Below are positions 16,477-32,248 of a DNA stretch of 64,000 bases, one piece after another. This stretch comes from Eledone cirrhosa. Its lineage: Eukaryota. Each line of letters opens with the position of its first letter. The first letter of the stretch is position 1. The notes under the pieces are model-generated. The model had not been told where the DNA came from. It saw nothing but the letters and a program-made list of their open reading frames with translations, and did not search any database. The stretch is taken from positions 17,980,001 to 18,044,000 of the forward strand of contig OZ024760.1 in assembly GCA_964016885.1 (NCBI GenBank), given 5' to 3'. A program made the position numbers and the translations under genes.

Positions 16477-16609
16477 TTTCAGTTTTCAAATAACTTTGAA
16501 AATATTCAAGAATTTGGAGAGATTTAGTAATATAACTAACTTTCTCATAATTATCTTGATTTTTGGAACATAACTTAACAAAAGTTGTTACATAAAATTA
16601 TAATGGAAG

Positions 16610-17074
16610 GCTAAATTAACCTCGGCGGGATTTGAACTCGGAACGTAAAGAACCGCAAACTTATCTTACTAATAATGGTTTCTATTTTAGGCACAAGGCC
16701 AGCAATTACCCAGTACATTACTGGTACTTTATTTTATCGACCCCGTAAGGATGAAAGGCAAAGTTAACCTCGGCGGGATTTGAACTCAGATCATAAAGGG
16801 ACGTAACTCTATGCTTCAAAGCATGGCGTCCGACTCTCTTACGATACTGCCAATGGTTTCTTATATAGGCATAAGGCCAGCAATTTGGGAGGAGGGGGAA
16901 AGTCAATTGAATCGACCCCAGTGCGTGACTGGTACTTTATTTTATCGACCTCTTAAGGATGAAAGGCAAAGTTAACCTCGGCAGGATTTGAACTCGGATC
17001 ATGAAGGGCCGTAACTCTATGCTGCAAAGGATGGGGTCCGACCCTCTACCGATACTCCCAATCCACCGCCGCCC
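16610..17074 (-). mobile_element. Cluster of tRNA-related SINE family 2 copies
   Basis: Shared gagttcaaatcc-gccgaggttaactttgcctttcatcc..ggtcgataaa..gtaccag. Other copies near 8050-8195, 24630-24732, 44465-44646, 49501-49690 and 55175-55628. Confidence 0.8.
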
Positions 17075-20000
17075 AATAATAAAAAACAAAACAACAAAAC
17101 AACAAGAAATCAAGCGAAACACAACTGGTGCGTGTGTTTCTATTGGTAGCATGACCCTCCCAAAATATAACAATAAAACAACTCCCCATCTTATCAAAGT
17201 ATTTGAACAGGGTAGGGCCTTGGCAGGTGGCACTGGAACATAACAAAGTCTTCAACAGGTGGGGTGGTGGGGAGGGGTAGGTGGAGTGGTGGGGCGGGGT
17301 GGGGTAGGGTAGGTGGTGGGGTAGGTGGGTAGGTGGGGGCTGTTGTTACTCCTTTCCGGTAGTGTCATAGGTGAAGAACATAAAATATAAAAGAGGGTTC
17401 TTTCCTTGTGACAATCCGTGGTGATGGCGGTGATGGTGGTGATGATGTTGTTGGTGATGATGGGGTGATGATGGGGGTGATGATGATGGGGCTGTTGGGG
17501 CTGCTGATGGTGGTGGTGATGTTGTTGGTGATGGTGGTGATGACGATGTTGGTTTTGGTGGTGATGATGATGATGGTGGTGGTGATGTTGGTGGTGATGA
17601 TGATGGTGTTGTTGATGATGGTGGTGGTGATGATGGTGTTGATGATGATGGTATTGTTGTTGATGATGGTGGTGGTGATGATGATGGTGTTGATGATGAT
17701 GGTGGTGGTGGTGGTGATGGTGGTGATGACGATGTTGGTGTTGGTGGTGGTGATGATGATGGTATTGATGATGATGGTGGTGGTGGTGGTGGTGGTGATG
17801 TTTTTGATGACGATGGTGGTATGTGACAATGTTGTTGCTGTTGTTGTTATGGTCGTTGTGATCTGATTATTATTATTACCGTCTGCTCAATAAACGACGA
17901 TAACAACATCTGCAATGTCGGAATTATCTCTCTATCGTGAGATATGTCTGGCCAGGTGGGTGTAGGTGTGTAGGTGTGTAGATGTGTGTGTGTGTGTAGG
18001 TGTTTGTGTGTAGGTGTAGGTGTGTGTAGGTGTGTGTGTGTAGGTGTGTGTGTGTGTAGGTGTGTAGTTGTGTAGGTGTGTAGGTGTGTAGGTGCAGGTG
18101 TGTTTATGTGGGTGTAGGTGTGTAGGTGTAGGTGTGTAGGTGTAGGTGGGTGTAGATGTGTAGGTGTGTAGATGTGTAGGTGTGTGTAGGTGTGTGTAGG
18201 TGTGTGTGTGTGTAGGTGTGTGTGTGCGTAGGTGTGTAGGTGTGTGTAGGTGTGTATGTGTGTAGGTGTGTAGGTGTGTGTGTGTGTGTGTAGATGTGTA
18301 GGTGTGTAGATGTGTGTAGGTGTGTAGGTGTGTGTATGTGTGTAGGTGTGTAGTTGTGTAGGTGTGTAGGTGTGTGTATGTGTGTAGGTGTGTAGTTGTG
18401 TAGGTGTGTAGATGTGTGTGTAGATGTGTAGGTGTGTGTGTGTGTAGATGTGTGTGTCTATGTGTGTGTGTTTGTGTGTGTAGATGTATGCCTGTGTGTC
18501 TGCGACTGTGTGTGTGTCTGTGACTATGTGTGTCCGTGTGTGTATCTGTGTGAGTCTGTGTGTGTGTGTGTATAGATGTATGCCTGTGTGTATGTGATTA
18601 TGTGTGTGTATGCGACTATGTGTGTGTGTGTATATGTATATAGAGGCCGAACAAGATGGTTTGAAAGATGAGAAAACAAAAGAGAATGTACGGACACCTG
18701 TAAGTCGTTTGAGAGATTGTAAACACACACACACGCATATATATATATATATATATATAATAGATAGATATACATACACACACTCATATACACTTATATA
18801 CACATATGCATACACAGTTATACATGTATACAAACACCCACATTTACATACACATATATATATATGTATGTATGTATGTGTATATGTATGTATGTATGTA
18901 TGTGTATATGTATGTATATCTATGTAAGTGTGTATATATATGTATATATATATATATATATATACATATACACACACTCAATTAGCAAGAACTGTTGCTG
19001 TCAGAAAGCTAAATAAACAACTCCGACAAATAGAAAACAACTACTACTACCACCACCACTACCACGACCATCACCACCACCACCACTACTACCACCACCA
19101 CCACTACTACTACTACCACCACCACCACCACTACTACTACCACTATCACTACCACCACCACCACCACCACTATCACCACCACCACTACTACTACTACCAC
19201 CACCACCACTACTACTACCACCATTATCACTACCACCACCACCACTATCACCACCACCACCACCACTACTACTACCACCACTATCGCCACCACCACCACC
19301 ACCACTACCACCACCACCACTACTACTACCACCACCACCACTACTACTACTACCACCACCACCACCACCACTATCACCACCACCACTACTACTACCACCA
19401 CCACTACTACCACCACCACTACCATTACTACCACCACCACTACTACCACCACCACCACCACTATCACTACCACCACCACCACCACCACCACTACCACCAC
19501 CACCACTACTACCACCACCACCACTACCACCATCACAGTTAATCCATCACAGAGTTAACACTCCCTCCCCCCACATATATTACTGGTACTCATTATCTGC
19601 TGAGTTTACTGGAGCAACGGGGAATGAAGTGTCTTGCTCAAGAACACAACACAGAACCCAACCCAGGAATCGAACCCACGACATTATGGTCGTAAGTCCC
19701 AACACCCTTACCATGAGGCCAGGCACCTTCACACACACACATATACATACACACCTTCATACACATACATACACACGTACATACACACACACATACATAC
19801 ACACGTACATACACACACACACATACACATACACACATATACATACACACATATACATACACACCTTCACACACATACACACTCACATACACACACACAT
19901 ACATACACACATACATACACACACACACACATACATACACACATACACACATACACACACACATACATACACACACGTACATACACACACACACACATAC

Positions 20001-20625
20001 ACACACACACATACACGTACACACACACACACACACGCGTACATACACACACGTACATACACACACACAACGTACATATACACACACATACACACACACG
20101 TACATACACACACACATACACGTACATACACACACACACGTACATACACACACATACATACACACACACACGTACATACACACACACACATACACACACA
20201 CACGTACATACATACACACACACACACACATACACATACACACACACACACGTACATACACATACATACACACATACATACATACACACATACATACAAA
20301 CACACACGTACATACACACACACAAAGATACAAACACACACACACACAAATAGAAAATAAAATAGCAATAAATAAAATAATAAATTAATAAATACACAAA
20401 TAAAATGTCCAATGCACTGGTGACCACCGGAATGTTTAGGGTGACCCCTACTTTGGGGGAAGCCTTGTTTAGAGGCTGACACAGAACGAAAGACATACGA
20501 CCCTATATATATATAGGGTCGTATGTCTTTCGTTCTGTGTATATAAATATATATATATATATATGTATATATCTATATATATATATATTTATATATAAAT
20601 ATATATATATGTGTATATATACACA

Positions 20626-20674
<49 letters not shown>

Positions 20675-21029
20675 GTATAAATATATATGTATATATACGT
20701 ATAAATATATATGTATATATGTATAAATATAAATATATATATATATGTATAAATATATATATATATGTATAAATATAAATATATATGTATAAATATATAT
20801 ATGTATAAATATATATGTATATATGTATAAATATAAATATATATGTATATATGTATAAATATAAATATATATATATATATATATATAAATATATATATAT
20901 ATGTATAAATATAAATATATATGTATAAATAAATATAAATATATATGTATAAATATATATATATATATGTATAAATATAAATATATATATGTGTGTGTAT
21001 ATATATATAAACACACACACACACACACG

Positions 21030-21098
<69 letters not shown>

Positions 21099-21774
21099 CA
21101 ATTGTAACGTGCAGATTATATCTATGATTAAGTTAAATACATACGACGCCTGATCCGTTCATTAACTTCGTTATTTATTACAACAAGGGATGGAGGAAGA
21201 GAGGGACAATATTATTGTCTATTTTATTTATTTCCTTCTTCCTGGGAATCAAAGACCCACGGGCGCTGAAACTCCAAACAGGCCACCCCTAATTTCAAGT
21301 TATTTAGAACTAAACTACTGCCGTATCTTCCCTTCACGCCAGTCCTTCGTCAGTTGATATTGTTACTGAAATACTTGTCGAGTACACACGGAAAGTACTT
21401 AACGCTTGCTTGATTTTTTATTAACGAGACTTGCAACCCCTAATAAATTGCCACTTCCATTATTGGAACGCCCCCTTCGAAACCCTTGAAGTGGACAGCA
21501 GGTGTATATACAACTATCACGCACGTTTTACCTATCGTTTATACTTTATACCTCACTTACCTGTCTTCCCTGACTGAGATAAGATGCTACCTGGTTGCTA
21601 AATGTTGTCAATTTAGCCAACACAAGAAGAGTTTTACGTTTTACTGCGTCTCTCTCTCTCTCTCTTTCTCTCTCTGTGAATGTGTGTGTGTCTCTCTCTC
21701 TCTGTGAGTGTGTGTGTGTATGAGTGTGTGTGTGTGTGTGTGTGTGGCTGCGTGCGTGTGTGTGTGTGTGTCTA

Positions 21775-21844
<70 letters not shown>

Positions 21845-22033
21845 TGTGTGTGTATATCTGTGTGTGTTCAGTACAGGTGAACTCCACAGTAAAAAGACTC
21901 ACTATTTAGCGTTATTATAATTAATAGTTAAACTCTACTTCGGTATTGAGTACTCTTTTCTCTCGACTGTCAACTACACACATATATATATATGTACACA
22001 TATATACACACATATATATATACACATACATAC

Positions 22034-22094
<61 letters not shown>

Positions 22095-22589
22095 AAATTG
22101 AGGTTGGTAATGGCACATGGAATATATAAGAGACAGAATACTTTTTTGTGAAAAAACATAATTTTATAAGGTAAGGAAATAATAAAGGGTATAAAAAATG
22201 ACCGGTTTCGATGGGTCTGCAAAAGCCATCTTTTCAAATGTTGATTAATATTAAGAAAAATTAATAATACGAAGAGTTAAAATTTGAGACTTGAAAATTC
22301 AAGTATAAAATTCATTGTGGGATTTCATAGCAGTTTTCATCTAGGTAGCAACAACAGGTTGACTGCTGTGTCCCTAGGAGAGAGTATGACCCCGACGGCA
22401 GAGATCAAGCCGTTTCGACGGTTATTTCTGTCCATATATATATATATATATATATATAAATGCAATCTGAGTTTTTCGAATATTAATAACATTCGATTCG
22501 TTTGTAATTATGCAAACAGCCTCACTTTTTAAGCTATGTCAGTAGAATGAACCCTTCATTCTTGCTCTTGTGTTGGCATGTAAACAGAA

Positions 22590-22635
22590 CTGTAGACACT
22601 AATGTTTCTGGGTGATTACCCTTCATCAGTAGAGT
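22590..22635 (-). ncRNA. Hammerhead-like motif, family C relative
   Basis: Minus strand CTCTA-CTGATGA-AGGGT(AATC)ACCCA-GAAA-CA(TTAG)TG-TC-TACAG, with one stem I mismatch. Confidence 0.55.
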
Positions 22636-22845
22636 ATACTGCTTACCTGCGCGTGTGTGTGTGTATACACCTCCAGGTGGAATCTTTTGTCTATTCTGAT
22701 ATAGGGAAAACAACTCGAAGCAAAAAAATCAAACGTACTTATTTCCCTTAGAATCTAACTTTGAAAATAGTGTGTGTATATACAGGTATAAAAATATAAT
22801 TATAATTTTATTTCTACATAAGTGTAAGCATGCACACACACGCAC

Positions 22846-22884
<39 letters not shown>

Positions 22885-22962
22885 CGCACACACGCACACA
22901 CGCACACACACACACACACACACGCGCGCACGCGCACACGCACACGCACACATATATAGGAA

Positions 22963-23642
22963 CGATCGACTTTCGTCAAATCGGACCGAGGGAACAATGT
23001 TTCCGTTGGTCTTTCCAATTGCTAATACTATCTATCGGTCGCAACTCCAGGTAGAAGGAGCAACGTGAAATAAAGTGTCTTGCTCAAGGGCATAACGCAC
23101 CGCCTGGTCCAGGAATCGAACTCACAACCTTACGATTGCGAATCCAATTCTCTAACCACTCAGCCACACGCCTTCACACATATATATATATTTATATTTG
23201 TCGATCGACTTTCGTCAAATCGGACCGAGGAAACAATGTTTCCGTTGGTCTTTCCAATTGCTAATACTATCTATCGGTCGCAACTCCAGGTAGAAGGAGC
23301 AACGTGAAATAAAGTGTCTTGCTCAAGGGCATAACGCACCGCCTGGTCCAGGAATCGAACTCACAACCTTACGATTGCGAATCCAATTCTCTAACCACTC
23401 AGCCACACGCCTTCACACATATATATATATTTATATTTGTCGATCGACTTTCGTCAAATCGGACCGAGGAAACAATGTTTCCATCAGTCTTTCCCATTGC
23501 TAATACTATCTATCGGTCGCAACTCCAGGTAGAAGGAGCAACGTGAAATAAAGTGTTTTGCTCAAGGACATAACGCATCGCCCAGTCCGGGAATCGAACT
23601 TACAACCTCGCGATTGCGAATCCAGTTCTCTAACTAATCAGT

Positions 23643-23645
<3 letters not shown>
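22963..23645 (-). mobile_element. Three tandem copies (239-bp period) of a family 1 SINE variant
   Basis: Units offset by 239 bp; tRNA-like head GGCTGAGTGGTTAGAG...GAGTTCGATTCC on the minus strand. Confidence 0.85.
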
Positions 23646-23691
<46 letters not shown>

Positions 23692-24030
23692 GTATGTATG
23701 GATTACTTCGAATATTCGAGTCGTTTGTAAACAAACAGCCCGATTAAAGCAGCGATGTGCCGATGACGAATCGTCATCCGTTTTTACAACACTGGCATTG
23801 AGGAACAAACAACATGTTTCTGGGTCATTACCCTTCGTCGGGACTGTAGACTCGTGCCAGTCTGTTGAACGGTTGAAAATATATAGTATTTTCTTAAGTA
23901 TACATCGGCTGAGTCACTTCATTTGCATACCAAGCGACTTACGGCTAACCTTGTCGAATATAAAACATAAAATTAGAATTTTATTTTTCGCCCTAACACA
24001 GCTGATACATAAATGTAAGTATGCACATGT

Positions 24031-24087
<57 letters not shown>

Positions 24088-24441
24088 CATACATATATGT
24101 TACAGTCAGCCGTAACTCGCTCAGTATGCAAATGAGGCTACTCAGCCGATGTGTACTTAAGAAAATCCTTATAATTAATTACAACAGTGACATATACAGG
24201 TACTTAAGTTTTGTTGTTTTTCCTTTATGATTACCTCCCTTTTCTTTAAGGTATTTCTCAATACAAATAATTTTGAGATTACCTGCCCTTAGAACTCTCA
24301 TATGCTTTAAAAACACCTCCACTGTTGGAAGCCATTTTTTTTTTGTGACAGACTAAATGAGGTAAAGTTAACAACCCCCCACCCACAAGGAAACTTAAGT
24401 AGCTGTACATGTTACTGTTGTAACTAATTACACACACACAC

Positions 24442-24486
<45 letters not shown>

Positions 24487-24960
24487 TGAGAGTTGTAGAA
24501 AAATCACTGAGGCATATATGTTGGTGATCGTTATTAATTGATTTTTTAATTATTGGTGGTTCTGACACATGTTTCCAAACATTACACAATAACCAATGAA
24601 ACCTGGATTATTACACAACTATTATTTCATACGCCGAGGTTAACTTTGCCTTTCATTCTTACGGGGTCGATAAAATAAAATACCAGTAATGCACTGGGGT
24701 AATTGCTGGCCTTGTGCCATAAGTAGAAACAAATATTTCATACTACCGGATATTAATTTCTTTCTATATTTTCATGGATTACTTAACCATACTTGGTGAT
24801 ACACCAGGAAATAAACTGAATAATTGTGATAATCTACTGTCTTCTCTGTTGACTGTAACCTAACAGGTAAGTCAACTTATCCCTTTTGTACATACACATC
24901 TACCCAACATTATAAACACTGGAGATTGCCTATAAAAACTTGATACTTAAAGCTTGAATC

Positions 24961-25017
<57 letters not shown>

Positions 25018-25390
25018 ATATAGAAATAGCTGCTCCAGGACTAGAACTGTTTCAGCTTTAGTCCTGTAGAAGTCATTTCTTTATTAAATATTTATACTCT
25101 GCTATGTATTGAGTACCTTACTTACCATGGTTACTCCGATTGAACCCGGGATACACATATATATATAACTCATATATATAACTCATCCTGCTATTTCAAG
25201 TGTTAAACTAATATATTTCTTCCATCTACTGTGCCATTTGTTTTGTTATTTTTGATGAGACCTTTTTGATTACAGAGTTAGGTTCAATCTATATTAGGTC
25301 TTGCTTCGAGCTGATTGATAGTGAAACATATGTAATATGTTATTAAATATGTTATGATGCAACACTGAATCCTTCTTCCATTTCCTTATA

Positions 25391-25433
<43 letters not shown>

Positions 25434-25764
25434 CAACTGTTGTGGAACTACTTCAACCAAACTCGTCCCATGGACTGAGTGCTCTACCACTGCTGATATA
25501 ACCCAGTGTTCTGCCACTATATATATATATATATATATATAAATGGCTTCTACAGGACTATAACTGTTTCATTTGGGATGATTTCTACCGAATGAAACAG
25601 TTCTAGTCCTGTAGAAGCCATTTCTGTATTAAATATTTATACTCTGCTATGTATTGAGTACCTTACTTACTGTGGTTATATATATTGTAAGTTCTATATA
25701 TTTCTCTATATATAAATTGTCACATATGGAACATTATAGTGGAACTACCTCAGGGTTTACCTTA

Positions 25765-26172
25765 CCGGATTGTCAGCATAGAGAAGTTCCCATGGGCAAC
25801 CAGTCTTAAACTCCTCTGTTATGGCTTGGAGAACTATAATGAATAAGAGTGGACCAAACCCTGATGAACTCCTACTTGTATCTGGAATTCCTCACTAAAC
25901 CCCATTCTTACTCTCACTTTACTGACAGCGCCCCTAAACATAGCTTGCACTGTCCTCACAAGCCATTCCTCTACACCTAGTTTCTTTAGGGACCACCAGA
26001 TGACAGATCAGGGTACGCTAGGTCAACAAAAGCTAAGTATAGTGGATTATTCTTCTCTAAGAACCTCTCTTGTAGTTGTCTCACTAAGAAGAGGGCATCT
26101 GTTGCTTTTCCCAAGCACAAAACCAAACTGCATCTCACTTAATTCGACACTTTCTCTAATTAGTTGTGCTAG
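25765..26172 (-). mobile_element. Degenerate RTE (BovB-like) reverse transcriptase fragment
   Basis: Frameshifted segments EMQFGFV, YLAFVDL, WWSL.KLGVEEWLV, VGVHQG and GCPWELLYAD read on the minus strand. Confidence 0.85.
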
Positions 26173-26173
26173 C

Positions 26174-26204
<31 letters not shown>

Positions 26205-26739
26205 ATTTTATTACGTGTTCCAACCGATAGACTGAGGCCATGCTGAGGCACCGCCATTTTATATATATATCTATATATATAACTCTTTATTTAAGGAGCA
26301 TTGGAAAAATTTGAAATGTAAGTAATACAAATGAATCGCTATAATAAGGGAGTTAAGTGTTTTTGTTTTTCTTTTCCGAGTTACCTACCTTAGAGCTGAC
26401 TTGGCAAAAGCGCCAATATAGTCACCTCTTATACTAATATATCTATACATACATAATATATATAAGCGTTTGTTTATACATTTATATAAACACATACATC
26501 TTATCTTATGTCTGGTTCGTTATAATTAATATATATAAACACACACATACATATATATATATATGTGTGTGTGTGTGTGCTCTCATCGGGAATTGACATA
26601 TTTCTATATAACCCTTGGATATTTATACCAAGTTTGTACTACAATATATATATATAAGTTTATCCAGGGTTCAATCGGGGGTAGCCACAGTAAGTAAGGT
26701 ACTCAATACAAAGCAGAGTATAAATATTTAATATAGAAA

Positions 26740-26790
26740 GGCTTCTACAGGACTAGAACTGTTTCATTCAGGAGAAATCATCAGGAAGCC
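26740..26790 (-). ncRNA. Type I hammerhead ribozyme motif, family A, in a fold-back element (about 26725-26850)
   Basis: Minus strand GGCTTC-CTGATGA-TTTCTCCTGAAT-GAAA-CAG(TTCTAGTC)CTG-TA-GAAGCC. A second core on the plus arm starts at 26791. Confidence 0.75.
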
Positions 26791-26959
26791 CTGATGATTT
26801 CTCCCGAATGAAACAGTTCTAGTCCTGTAGAAGCCTTTCTATATTAAATATATATGTATATATATATATATAATATATTTATATAATATATATTGCTTAA
26901 TATACAACATCAACAAAATTATTAACCATCTTGCCAACAACAACACTGAAAACCTTTTT

Positions 26960-27808
26960 GAATTCAATGTGTCACGTAGGCATGCCTACAAAGTCAGAAA
27001 ACAGCACAGCTCCCATGACTTTTGGAAACATTTTTTCATGCTCAGAGTTGCTGAGGCATGGAACAAACTACCTGGAACAAACTACCTGCATCAGTTGTTA
27101 GCTGTCAAGACACTGCATCCTTTAAAACCTCCATAGAACAAACTACCTGCATCTGCTGTAAGCTGTCGAGACACTGCATCCTTTAAAACCTCAATGGAAC
27201 AAACTACCTGCATCAGTTATTAGCTGTCGAGACACTGCATCCTTTAAAACCTCCATGGAACAAACTACTTGCATCAGTTGTTAGCTGTTGAGACACTGCA
27301 TCCTTTAAAACCTCCATGGAACAAACTACCTGCATCAGTTGTTAGCTGTTGAGACACTGCATCCTTTAAAACCTCCATGGAACAAACTACTTGCATCAGT
27401 TGTTAGCTGTTGGGACACTGCATCCTTTAAAACCTCCATGGAACAAACTACCTGCATCAGTTGTTAACTGTTGAGACACTGCATCCTTTAAAACCTCCAT
27501 GGAACAAACTACTTGCATCAGTTGTTAGCTGTCGAGACACTGCATCCTTTAAAACCTCCATGGAACAAACTACTTGCATCAGTTGTTAGCTGTCGAGACA
27601 CTGCATCCTTTAAAACCTCCATGCTTCCTGAAATTCGCCAACACTACACCTGATGTCCCCCCTCCATACACACATGCACATGTATATCATGACTCATACA
27701 CTGTTCATTTTCCTGACATTTGTACATTATTCTATGTACTATACATGCACCTTTGATGAGTTGTAGTGCACCTGAGCACTGTACACAATAATTTCATTAT
27801 TATTATTA
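26960..27808 (+). mobile_element. CR1-like LINE 3' end containing a 61-bp tandem array (about 9 copies, 27072-27620)
   Basis: HAYKVRKQHS...KHFF.LRVAEAWNKLPASVV.....ASFK motif and a 3' UTR ending in (ATT)n. Further UTR copies near 30565-30870 and 32390-32560. Confidence 0.8.
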
Positions 27809-28329
27809 TATATATAAAGATATAAATATAAATATTGTTTTTATTTACAAGAGACAACAATAAAGTCTTTCTTTTAAATAAAATATAATTTAATTTGAAA
27901 ATGTAGTTAAGGGAATTATACCCCGTATTTAGAAATGTAACAAACTTTCATATATATGTGTGTGAGGGTGTATGTTTGTATGTGTCTGTTTGTGTGTGTT
28001 TGTGTGTTTACTGTATGTGTGTGTGTGTGTATAGGTATGTATGTGTATGTGAGTGTGTGTGTATGAACGTGTTTGCATGTGTATCTGTGTGTTTATTATA
28101 TGTGCATGTGCGAATGTATGTACGTGTGTGTGTATGTATGTACATGTATGTATGTGTGTGTGTATGTATGTACATGTATGTATGTGTGAGTGTGTCAATG
28201 TAATAGTATGCTGGAATGCAACAGTAAGTTTATACTCCAATGTGTAGTATAATGTGTATGTGTACAAGTAGATATGTGTAAGTATACAAACACGTGTTAA
28301 CACGTCTGTGTCTAAGAAAGATATAAGAC

Positions 28330-28360
<31 letters not shown>

Positions 28361-28878
28361 AGGTGTATGTATGTATATTTATGTGTATGTGCGTATATAT
28401 GTGTGTGTGCATCTTTATAGAAACTGAATATAACTTTGGCTCTCTTAAATCCAACATGAATGTGTATGTATATGTGTGTATATACGTGTGTATAGGTCTG
28501 TGTGTGTATATACGTGTGTATAGGTCTGTGTATGTATATGTGTGTATATACGTGTGTATGTGTATATATGTATGTGTGTATATATATATGTGTGTGTATA
28601 TATGTATGTGTATATATATATATGTGTGTGTGTGTGTGTACGTGTGTATATACGTGTGTGTGTGTGTATGTTTACACACACTGAATGTCACTGTGGCTCT
28701 TTTAGTTCCAACATAAATAAATAAATTCCTTTACATTTCATGAGACAAAAGTAAATTTGAAGATTAATATGTATTGATGGATGAGAGAAGTGGGGGGGGG
28801 GGGGGGCAACTGGTCAGTAGTTAGGGCCCCACAATATAATATTTAAAGGGCCTCAAATTATTTTATTTATTCTTATTT

Positions 28879-28913
<35 letters not shown>

Positions 28914-29034
28914 TTATTATCTTTTGGTGGAGATGAGGCTACCATAAATAATATATTAGGGGCCAAAATAAGATTTTCACCCAAGGGGTCCTATAGGACT
29001 TTATTCCATCCAAGTTGATATGTAATATATATTT

Positions 29035-29265
<231 letters not shown>

Positions 29266-30029
29266 TTACCATTTACATTACTCTATATTATACTATTATA
29301 ATTTCACAGTAAATGCTTTAACTCACATAATTATCTCACATAGCATTTACATTACTCTATATATACTATTGTATTTTCATGGTAAAGGCTTTACTTCACA
29401 CAATTATCTCACATAATATCAAATCTATGACATTTTGATATTATTTATTTTGAGAACAATACCTTAACATCAGTATGAGTGGCTAGTTATAGCCAGTTTG
29501 AACAGAAAGAGGTGATAGAATTCTGGCCAGATACAACCAGTTTAACCCTTTAGCATTTACATTATTCTGCATATACTAATATATTTTCACAGTAAAGGAT
29601 TTATCTCACGTAATATCAAACCTATAAGATTTTGACAACAATATCTTAACACAATTATGAGTGGCCAGTTACGACCAGTTTGAACAAAAAGAAGCGAGAG
29701 AATTCTGGCTGGATATGGCCAGTTTAAATGCTAAAGGGTTATATATGGAGAAATGTGTGTGTGTGGATATATATATAAACATATCCATATGTGGTTGAGG
29801 GGTGAGAGAAAGGAGTACTCAACACTAAAGTAGAGGTTTAATATTTTTTTTATTTTTATTAAGGCTGAGTAGTGAGTCTTGTTATTCTGGAGTTTCGCCT
29901 GTTTATGACAGGGTCACTAGATGACCCTGTCATAAACAGGTGAAACTTCAGAGTAACACAACATACCTCATAGCCGAGGAATTAAACCAATGACTACATA
30001 CCTTCACACACACACACTTATATTTGTAT

Positions 30030-30290
30030 AACTGTAACTCGACTAGGTCACATATATATACACACACACACACTCATATTTGTGACTGTAATCGACTAAG
30101 TCACATACACTCCACTCACATATTTATGACTATAATCGACTAAGTCACATACACTCCACTCACATATTTATGACTATAATCGACTAAGTCACATACACTC
30201 CACTCACATATTTATGACTATAATCGACTAAGTCACATACACTCCACTCACACACACATATTCGTGATGGTAATCTACTAGGTCACACTC
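30030..30290. repeat. 44-bp tandem repeat
   Basis: Unit aatcgactaagtcacatacactccactcacatatttatgactat. Confidence 0.85.
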
Positions 30291-30291
30291 A

Positions 30292-30600
<309 letters not shown>

Positions 30601-30890
30601 TCATGCACACATGTGTGTATCATGACTCATGCACTGTTCATTTTCCTGATGTTTGTGCATTGCCCTATGTACTGTACATGCACTTTTTGATGAGTTGTGG
30701 TGCACCTGGGCACTGTACACAATATTTCATTATTATTATTATTATTATTATATCATGACTCATACACTGTTCATTTTCCTGACATTTGTACATTATTCTA
30801 TGTACTATACATGCACCTTTGATGAGTTGTAGTGCACCTGAGCACTGTACACAATTATTTCATTATTATAAGATTCTAACCTTTTGTTAA

Positions 30891-31111
30891 CCCTTTAGCA
30901 TTTAAACCGGCCATATCCAGCCAGAATGCTCTCATCTGTTTCTGTTCAAACTAACTGTTACCAGCTGCTCATACTGATGTTAAGCTATTGTTCTTAAAAT
31001 AAATAACATCAAAATCTCATAGATTCACTAACATGTGAGAAAATTATGTCAGGTAAAGCCTTTACCGTGAAAATATAATGGTAAATATAGAGTAATGTAA
31101 ATGCTAAAGGG
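30891..31111. mobile_element. piggyBac-like MITE (about 220 bp)
   Basis: TTAA on both sides; TIRs CCCTTTAGCATTTA / TAAATGCTAAAGGG. Confidence 0.85.
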
Positions 31112-32050
31112 TTAAGTTATATTATGACACCTTAACCCCTTCATGACTATATTTCTTATAAAATACACTCCGTTTCAATTAGTTAATGAAGAATTTTGTG
31201 GGATTTACTAAAATTATCAATTATTTCATTACTAAAATTGTAACTTAACCGTTTAGCATTTAATTCAGCTGTATCCGGCCAGAATTCTTTCACCTCTCTC
31301 TGTTCAAACTGACTGTAACTGGCTGCTCATACTAATGTTAAGGTATTGTTCTTAAAATAAATAACATCAAACTCTCGTAGATTCGATATTATGTGAGATA
31401 ATTATGTAAAATAAAGCCTTTACCACAAAAATACAATAATATATATAGAGTAATGTAAATGTCAAAATTTTAGCTGCTGCACAGCAAGTAGTATTCGATT
31501 TGTTTGTGGCAATCAGAAAGCACTCAATGGTGAAAGATAGATTGTATGATGGTTGTGTAATTAATAGAATGTCACATGGTAGTGAGACGTAGGCAGAGAA
31601 TGCAGAGGATGTCTGGAGACTTGGAAAGAAATTATACAAACGTCTCTCAATTTGCTGGGAATACCAAACCTGAAATATCTAGAGTTATCTCCCTCTACTT
31701 TCGAATGAAAACACTATTCACACACGCACTCTCACACACTCTCACACACACAAACACATACATATACACAAACACATACATATACACAAACAGACACATA
31801 CATGCATATACACACACATATACATACACACAGACACCAACACTATTTACACACGCACTCTCACACACAAACACATACATTATCACAAACACATACATTA
31901 TCACAAACACATACATTATCACAAACACATACATATACACAAACACATACATATACACAAACAGACACACACAAACACCATTTACACACCTGTTATCTTA
32001 ATCACACAATCATATTTACACCTGTTACCTTAAGACTGAAATGTCGCTTA

Positions 32051-32248
<198 letters not shown>

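Noticed and set aside
14783-16573. 596-aa ORF of MKDTVYVINPFITIFL repeats; superficially CRISPR-like periodicity
   Set aside because: Stop-free frame of a 48-bp satellite with no unique spacers and no protein features.
20480-20540. Perfect hairpin centred on (TA)n; similar inverted structure at 52256-52432
   Set aside because: Real inverted repeats, but no ribozyme core or family assignment could be supported.
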